From positions 31,992,001-32,056,000 of the forward strand of contig OX597822.1 in NCBI GenBank assembly GCA_951406725.2: DNA of 64,000 nt, given 5' to 3'. Below, in pieces: positions 56,050 to 64,000 of this stretch (positions are counted from its first letter, which is position 1; each line of letters starts with the position of its first letter). The stretch comes from Octopus vulgaris (lineage: Eukaryota). The position numbers were made by a program, and so were the translations under genes. The notes below the pieces were generated by a model. That model did no database searches, was not told the origin of the DNA, and worked only from the letters and a program-made list of their open reading frames with translations.

Positions 56050-56356
56050 TCCACCAAAGATATTTACCTTTGGATTCATATATCAATATATGTGATGTGT
56101 TGCTTAGAATTGTATTATAGCAATTATTCAATTTTTATAATAGCTTAGTCAAAGTAGAACGGAGAAACACGGTGACAAATTTCATGGCCGGCGAGATTGT
56201 TGGGATAAAGTTAAATCCTAATCGGATACTTGGTCCTCCTTCTTGTAACAGAGAGGACTCCACTAAAGACACTGAAAGGACTGGTGGTTGCTTTAAACCA
56301 GATCAGATCTACTAGGATATTACAGAAAGTAATTCACAGAACTGCTACTACATGGT

Positions 56357-56741
56357 GGGAAGCACTCCGTCGGTTACGACGATGAGGGTTCCGGTTGATC
56401 CGAATCAACGGAACAGCCTGCTCGTGAAATTAACGTGTAAGTGGCTGAGCACTCCACAGACACGTGCACCTTTAACGTAGTTCTCGGGGATATTCAGCGT
56501 GACACAGAGAGTGACAAGGCCGGCCCCTTAAAATACAGGTACAACAGAAACAGGAAGTAAGAGTGAGAGAAAGTTGTGGTGAAAGAGTACAGCAGGGATC
56601 ACCACCATCCCTGCCGGAGCCTCGTGGAGCTTTTAGGTGTTTTCGCTCAATAAACACTCACAACGCCCGGTCTGGGAATCGAAACCGCGATCCTATGACC
56701 GCGAGTCGGCTGCCCTAACCACTGGGCCATTGCGCCTCCAC
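56357..56741 (-). mobile_element. tRNA SINE, tail type 4
   Basis: TSD ACTGCTACTACA at 56341-56352 and 56742-56753. Confidence 0.9.
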
Positions 56742-57488
56742 ACTGCTACTACAGATACTCTCGACATTGCATCAATGCTAAAAAATACTAATAAATTACA
56801 AAAGTAGAGTGAAATAATGGATAAATTAGCGAGAAAATATGCATCACTTTCTGAGTATAAATCGCAATGACATCTAATTTCCATTTCCATTCTATGTTGT
56901 TGAATAAAATAAGCAGCGCTTAAAAATAGGTAGATTTTATGCTATGTATTTATGTGAAAAATTAGTATATGTTACGGCAATAAAATTACAATTTTCCCAA
57001 CTATTAATTTTTATCTGTTTTCTTATAAAAGAGACAAAAGAATTGTTTGTTATATACGCGACGTTTCCATCAGTGTAGTTTCAGATCGTCTACATGGGTT
57101 TACCTCACACTCTGGCATGTTTTACACGTTACTCATTTAGATATCAGTAAAAAATGTCACTCCCACTAAACTTGTTGAGAGCCTTTTCTGTAGTTTGTTC
57201 ACTCACTGATATATGTGTGTGTGTGTGTGTGTGTTTCTGTGTGTGCTTCCGTGCATGTGTCTTTGAGAACGTATGCATGCATTTCGGTATGTGAGACCGT
57301 TAATCCAGACAATATTTTACCTCTCTCTGTCTTTTTTCTCTCTCTCCGTTTTCGTTATTCATTGTTCTTTGTCGAACAGCGTTGGAATCGTCAAAGACTT
57401 TTCCATTATTCTAAAGCGTCAAATTACTATATTGTTTTTGTTATTCTTTCAAATGTCTCTGTCTTTTGATTTTCGTGCATTTTTGCCA

Positions 57489-57567
<79 letters not shown>

Positions 57568-57628
57568 ATACCTACCTACCTATCTATCAATCTATCTATC
57601 TATCTATCTATCTATCTATATATATATA

Positions 57629-57724
<96 letters not shown>

Positions 57725-58650
57725 TATATATATATATGTACATATATATATATATTGAGAGGGAGAGGAAGAGAAAAGGGGGAGAAAGAAAGAGAGGAAG
57801 ACTTTTGCGTATCGAAATCTGATATTAATATTTCGGAAACATTTTCATCTAATTAACAAAACCAACTCATCTCAGAAGTATAAACGTTTAATTACAATCA
57901 TTGTTAACAGCGGGTTAAAAAAAAATTCTTCTATAGATAACATGTATTTCTGCGTGAACTGAGGCCGACATAACAAGAGTAGTCGAGAAAGTTTTGGTTG
58001 ATTATGAGTAACATTATTTACGCGAAATATAGATACATTTACATAAATACCTCCATTAAGGAATATTTAGAATTTAATGCAAGTCAATGAAATTAAAAAT
58101 CAGTCATTTTAGTAGTAAATTTGGCATCCAGATTCGAAAATCTGCAGACAGAATTCCTAAAAAACGATCGACTACTGTAGCATAATAGTTAAAAGATTGC
58201 ATGTTAGAGACGAATGAAGCGACTGAAAATATGTATACATATGTAAATGTACTCACTCATGAACAATTACACAGTTATATAGGCATACATACGTACATGC
58301 ACTTGTATTCACATACGAACACTCATAAATATAGATTCAGAAAGGTAATACATATAATTATGTATATATCCACATTTGCCATATACATATAAATGTGCAT
58401 GCGTAGAGACGTGTGTGGCTGTGTCTGTTTTTGTGTGTATGCACACACACATACCTTCTATATATATTTATATGCACATATTTTTCTCTCTCTTTCCATA
58501 TGTATGTAGTTGCATATATATATATATATGTATGTGTGTATGTATGTATTATCAGTCTATCTATTTATCTATCAGTCTATCTGTCTGTCTCTCTATCTAT
58601 CTATCTATCTATATATCTATATATCTATCGATTGAATAATCTTTCTATTA

Positions 58651-58726
<76 letters not shown>

Positions 58727-58861
58727 AGCACTCACATACATACACACACGCTCACTGAGAATGTGAAATTCAAACAGGGGAAAGAAATAATAATAATTAT
58801 ACATATGTGTCTATATATGTATATATATTTGCACACAGATAACAAATTTTATGCATAAATA

Positions 58862-58907
<46 letters not shown>

Positions 58908-59609
58908 TATATATTTGCACACACACATGTATTCATAATCATATATACGTAGTCATAGAGGTACTTATGAATATTAAAATAATACGCATGTGCATGAGCA
59001 CATGGCAGAGATGGGAGTATTTGCTAGTGTGCATGGTGTGTGGCGCATGCATACATGTAAGAACGTATGCATGTATGTATGTGGGAGTTTAAGTGTATTT
59101 CTGTATGAGTAAGTATTCGTGTAGTTCTGTAGGTTCTCAAGTATTTGGAATTGTGAAATCACGTCACAAAATTTTGTCAGTCTGCATTACTCTCATTTCC
59201 AGCGCACAATGTCTAAATAAGATTGTAATTCATCACGTATGTACTACGTTCTATCGATTATTTATATGCGGAATTTTCAGAGATGAAAGCATTAATTAAC
59301 CTGAATTTAAGTACACTTTATATCATATAAGTATTTCGCTTAGACTAAAATATATGAGAAAAATTGTTTAGATAACAAATGCTCAAAATTCTTTGACAGC
59401 AATCACGTAGCGAGCACTGAATGTTCCAGAATGATACTAGCCTTAGGTAATATTATTCTAAATTTATTTCCTATATTCGAAATATAATATTCTTTTATCC
59501 CCTGTACACTATATCTCCCTCTGTCAAACTGTTAAACATATTTCCAACCATTTAAAATTTCTTTCTCTCTCTACCAACCCTCCTTTCTCTGTACCTAGTT
59601 TTATATATT

Positions 59610-60194
59610 CCTTTCTACTATAGGCACAAGGCCTCAAATTTTGGGGAAGGAAATAGTCGATTATATCCACACCAGTGCTCAACTGGTACTTAATTAATTG
59701 ACCCCGAAAGGATGAAAGGCAAAGTCGACCTCAGCGGAATTTGAACTCAGAACGTAGAGACAGGCGGACGAAATACCTATTTCTTTAATACCCACACGGG
59801 GCTAAACACAGAGAGGACAAACAAGGACAGACAAACGGATTAAGTCGACTATATCGACCCCAGTGCGTAACTGATACTTATTTAATCGTCCCTGAAATAA
59901 TGAAAGGCAAAGTCGACCTCGGCGGAATTTGAAATCAGAACGTAGTGGCAGACGAAATACCTATTTCTTTACTACCCACAAGGGGCTAAAGACAGAGAGA
60001 ATGAACAAGGACAGACAAACGGATTAAGTTGATTATATCGACCCCAGTGCATAACTGGTACTTATTTAATCGACCCCGAAAGGGTGAAAGGCAAAGTCGA
60101 CCTCGGCAGAATTTGAACTCGTAACGCAGCGGCAGACGAAATATCGCTAAGCGTTTCTCCCGGCGTGCTAACGATTCTGCCAGCTTGCCGCCTG
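59610..60194 (-). mobile_element. Trimeric SINE of the 3476 family
   Basis: Three body units. TSD CCTA(G/A)TTTTATATATT at 59594-59609 and 60195-60210. Confidence 0.88.
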
Positions 60195-61164
60195 CCTAAT
60201 TTTATATATTAATTCAGTAGGTCAAACCATGTCCTTAGTCGTAGAAATTATATATCTATGGTTGTTTAATCCTCTCTGAATTTGTAACCCTATAAATTTA
60301 TTGTAACTTCAGAAGCTCAAAAACTTGGTAATCTCTTAATCATAGTAAACTTAACCGCTCCATCTAACTTTGGATATCAGTTATTACCGGTTATTAATAT
60401 TTTTTTTCTTTTTGTAAGTTTGCATTCCATACAATTCTATTTACATGCGTTTGAACTTGCAGCCTCTTAGATTCTATCCCCTGTTCTCGAGCTTTGTTAT
60501 TCCCTTCAGAGCATTTGCTCTAGTATCTGGTCTTTTTGACTGCGTAAATCAATGGAGCGGAAGTTGAAAATTGCCGGACACTTTGGGTAGAGAGTTAAAA
60601 ATAAAAAAAGATACAAATATAGTTGTAGAACTTACAAAAAGAATATAAAAATCTGTTGATATACTATTTTATCAATTATATTTCTGTATAAGAGAATTAA
60701 TAAAAAATAAAAGTAGCAAGTATTACAAGACACCCAAGCTGTAGTGGGTGTTTTGTAAAGCTTTACATTACAGTTATAAAGATCCACTTCATACCTAGAT
60801 GCACTTTCCAGATACCCGTTTGAAAACAACTTCTTCAAACTGACAAATTTACTTCTGTTCTGAAACAAGATATTCACTTCTTTATATCTCTATTACATGT
60901 TCTTTCTGCTCTTATCTATTTCTTGCATTCTCTCTAGCTCTCAAACATGCCCCGGCTGTGTCATAAACGCATAATGAATTCGTAGATTTACATAGAAAAC
61001 GTGATGTATATAATCCAAAACATCTGGCAGATTGCCTCAATAAGACATCACATCCCTTCTCTTGATATTTCTTCTCATCACCTGTGCTTTTGATGATATA
61101 AACAGAGTTCGTTCTCTTACAAACATCCGTACCAACACATAGCAATTTGAAATCGATATAATGA

Positions 61165-61592
61165 TCATTGTATTTTACTACCCACAATAGTCTAAACACA
61201 GAGAGGACAAACAAGGACAGACAAACGGATTAAGTCGATTACATCGACTCCAGTGCGTAACTGGTACTTAATTTATCGACCCCGAAAGGATAAAAGGCAA
61301 AGTCTACCTCGGCGGAATTTGAACTCAGAACGTAACGGTAGAGGAAATACCTATTTCTTTACTACGCACAAGGGGCTAAACACAATAGTCTAAACACAGA
61401 GGGGACAAACAAGGATAGACAAACGGATTAAGTCGATTACATCGACCCCAGTGCGTAACTGGTACTTCATTTATCGACCCCGAAAGGCAAAGTCGACCTC
61501 GGCGGAATTTGAACTCAGAACGTAACGGCAGACGAAATACGGCTACACATTTCGCCCGGCGTGTTAACGTTTCTGCCAGTTCGCCGCCTTAT
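61165..61592 (-). mobile_element. Multimeric (~2.2 unit) SINE of the 3476 family
   Basis: Two units plus. Candidate TSD TCGATATAATGA at 61153-61164 and 61593-61604. Confidence 0.85.
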
Positions 61593-61680
61593 TCGATATA
61601 ATGAAATCGTTATAATGATCTCTTAATGTGTAGTGACATTGATTGTCAGAAGGGTTTGGCTAATAAGCTGTCCTAGCTAA

Positions 61681-61951
61681 TCTTTATATATAAAAGTGAA
61701 GTTGTGTGTCTGTCTCCTACGATTTTGATTCCTAACTATTCCCACATTTTGCGGTGCAGTTTAACCAAAAGCGGGTATCTTATATCGAGCCCTTCTGGGT
61801 ATAAGCACGCGTCTACGATTAAAAAAAATTACCACCATTTTTTCCCATTTTTAATGCATTTTTTGGCTATTATATAAGGAAGTAACTCTCTAAAAATACT
61901 TATATAGTTATTTCCCTTACAAACCCGAGCAACGCCGGGCGATACTGCTAG
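61681..61951 (+). mobile_element. Non-autonomous Helitron (shorter version of 20471)
   Basis: a|TCtttatatataaaag start; hairpin plus CTAG end. Confidence 0.85.
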
Positions 61952-62665
61952 GGACAAATAAAAATCTGCAAGTAACTGGGAATTGCCTCAGAAAAGTGTC
62001 TATGTATGTGGCTCATAATCATATAAACTATGCTTCTCTAGTCTTTCAGCACATATTCGCTGTGATTGGTTACGCCTTTTTATGCTGGTTAAATAGTGCA
62101 CTCATCAGTTTGCTCCTTTCTTGTCAAACATTATACTTTTCCCTGTGGCCTATGCCAAACTACTGGAAGATTAAACGTAGTGTATCATTTTGCTACACAT
62201 AAACAATACATCTAAACGTCTAAAATAACCTTTCAAATTCAAGCCTAGAACCGCCACCACAGCTCTCGTCATTTTATGCAAGTCGCATTTAAGCAATATT
62301 CACATAAATTAGGATGTTAATAATCCTACTATGCTTACAAACACGATTAAGCTATAACTATTAGGTCACCTCGTACTATTGCTTTTATGGGTAATTTCTG
62401 CAACTACAAAGGACGTTGCTCCTTTGAAATAAGAATCCTTTGAAAATAAGGATCTGCTAATACCTATGCACTCCTTACATTATATATTATATGTTGTCAG
62501 TCTTACAGTATATGATACCCAAACGTTGCACGTCCAACTTGCCTGGTTACTCTCCCGCAGAAAACGCTGCTCACCAACATACTCCTATATTGCTCGGACT
62601 TGTGCATCTGAGGGAAACTCTCAAGGTGCTTAAATGATCATTTATGACCGAAGGGGGTCTTTACT

Positions 62666-62723
<58 letters not shown>

Positions 62724-62733
62724 GCATAGTAGT

Positions 62734-62998
<265 letters not shown>

Positions 62999-63035
62999 GT
63001 ATATACTCAAAATAAGCAACAAGAATGACTCCGGT

Positions 63036-63126
63036 AATTTGGTACAATCGTTTCGTACTACATCATTTTATTAAATGTTGTAAGTATTACAACAGTTTTA
63101 AAATGCTGAATACTCATCAGCCAATT
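63036..63126 (-). ncRNA. Type I hammerhead ribozyme with a long hairpin stem II
   Basis: Reverse strand: aattgg-CTGATGA-gtatt..catttta..tgttgtaa-tac-ttacaaca..taaaatg..agtac-GAAA-cgattg-TA-ccaaatt. Lies in a ~300-bp insert (63005-63306) between (TA)n tracts. Confidence 0.82.
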
Positions 63127-63304
63127 ATAGAGGTTTTCCATTAATACAAACATTTTCATATCAAGTGGCAATATTATAGAGGAGGTAGATACATAGACAA
63201 AGATGTGGATTTAACTTTTAAGAACATTTGGGGTAGTTGAGCTCATCAACTAACTGACTAAGATTCAGTTGTTCTAAACTACTTTACGGTTCTGAGAATG
63301 AAGG

Positions 63305-63337
<33 letters not shown>

Positions 63338-63340
<3 letters not shown>

Positions 63341-64000
63341 TAGTTTCAGCTCAGAACTGCGGCCATGCTGATGCACCGCCGTTTTCTGTTACACTGTTAT
63401 TACGACGAACCTCGTCTAATATGTGGCACTTGGTGAAGAATGGAGTTTGATATAGCTATTCTCATTTGCACCTCTTGCCGTGAGGTAGGTTCATCTGGGA
63501 CTCTTGACAGGAAGATGTCCAGCTTTGATTTAAAGAGCGCTATCTCTACTTTGTGCAAGTTCCTCAGACTCTTTGGGAGAATATTAAAAAGCTGTGGGCC
63601 CTTGAAACCCAGGCTGTTGCAGAAGCTGGTCCTGAAGCGTGATGGCATTGCTGGGATCTTGGGCACTATGCAGTGTCGTCCCGTTCTTGCATTGGTGTAG
63701 CTTACAATGCCAAAATTTGGCACAATTCCTTCCAGGATCTTCCAGACATATATTACTGCATACCTCTCCCGTTTTCTCCCCAGGGATTAGTGTCTTAGCT
63801 GTTTCAACCTTTCCCAGTAGCTGAGCTGTTGCAAAGAGACGATCTTCTTTGTGAATCTTCTCTGGATTGCTTCAAGGTCCGCTGTTAATTTTACACTGGT
63901 GGGTGACCATAGCTGTGAGCAGTAATCTAGGCGACTGAGGACGAATGTCCGCCAGAGGACCATCATGCTTTCCTTATCTCTGGTTCTGAATGTTCTTAGG
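63338..64000 (-). mobile_element. 3' end of CR1-group LINE (ORF2 C-terminus plus 3' UTR), running off the window
   Basis: LRTFRTRDKESMMVLWRTFVLSRLDYCSQLWSP..LEAIQRRFTK..LSYWERLKQL..FKSKLDIFL, with one in-frame stop; terminal stop at 63400. Confidence 0.88.

Noticed and set aside
60632-61214. Two minus-strand ORFs as host exons
   Set aside because: No recognisable homology, and one starts inside a SINE.

Overview
AT-rich, microsatellite-dense eukaryotic non-genic DNA. The SINE repertoire and repeat landscape look cephalopod/octopus-like (inference). I could not support any host protein-coding exon; the ORF track is almost entirely microsatellite or transposon-derived. Recognisable content: several tRNA-derived SINE families with modular heads and tails, Tc1/mariner elements (mariner, DD34E IR/DR Tc1, DD37D maT), a piggyBac-type MITE, non-autonomous Helitrons, and LINE 3' ends (R4/Dong-like, Tx1/L1-like, CR1-like). 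The main discovery is a set of small non-coding retroelements carrying hammerhead ribozymes (HHR), inserted in (TA)n tracts. The centrepiece is a young array of about 6.7 copies of a 493-bp monomer at 30177-33492. It contains seven complete type I HHRs with an unusually long stem II, and its inversion geometry fits twin-primed reverse transcription of a multimeric or circular RNA (retrozyme or Penelope pLTR-like). At least four other HHR-bearing families occur in the window, and several share a conserved motif near their 3' ends. All folds were assigned by eye and have not been computed.
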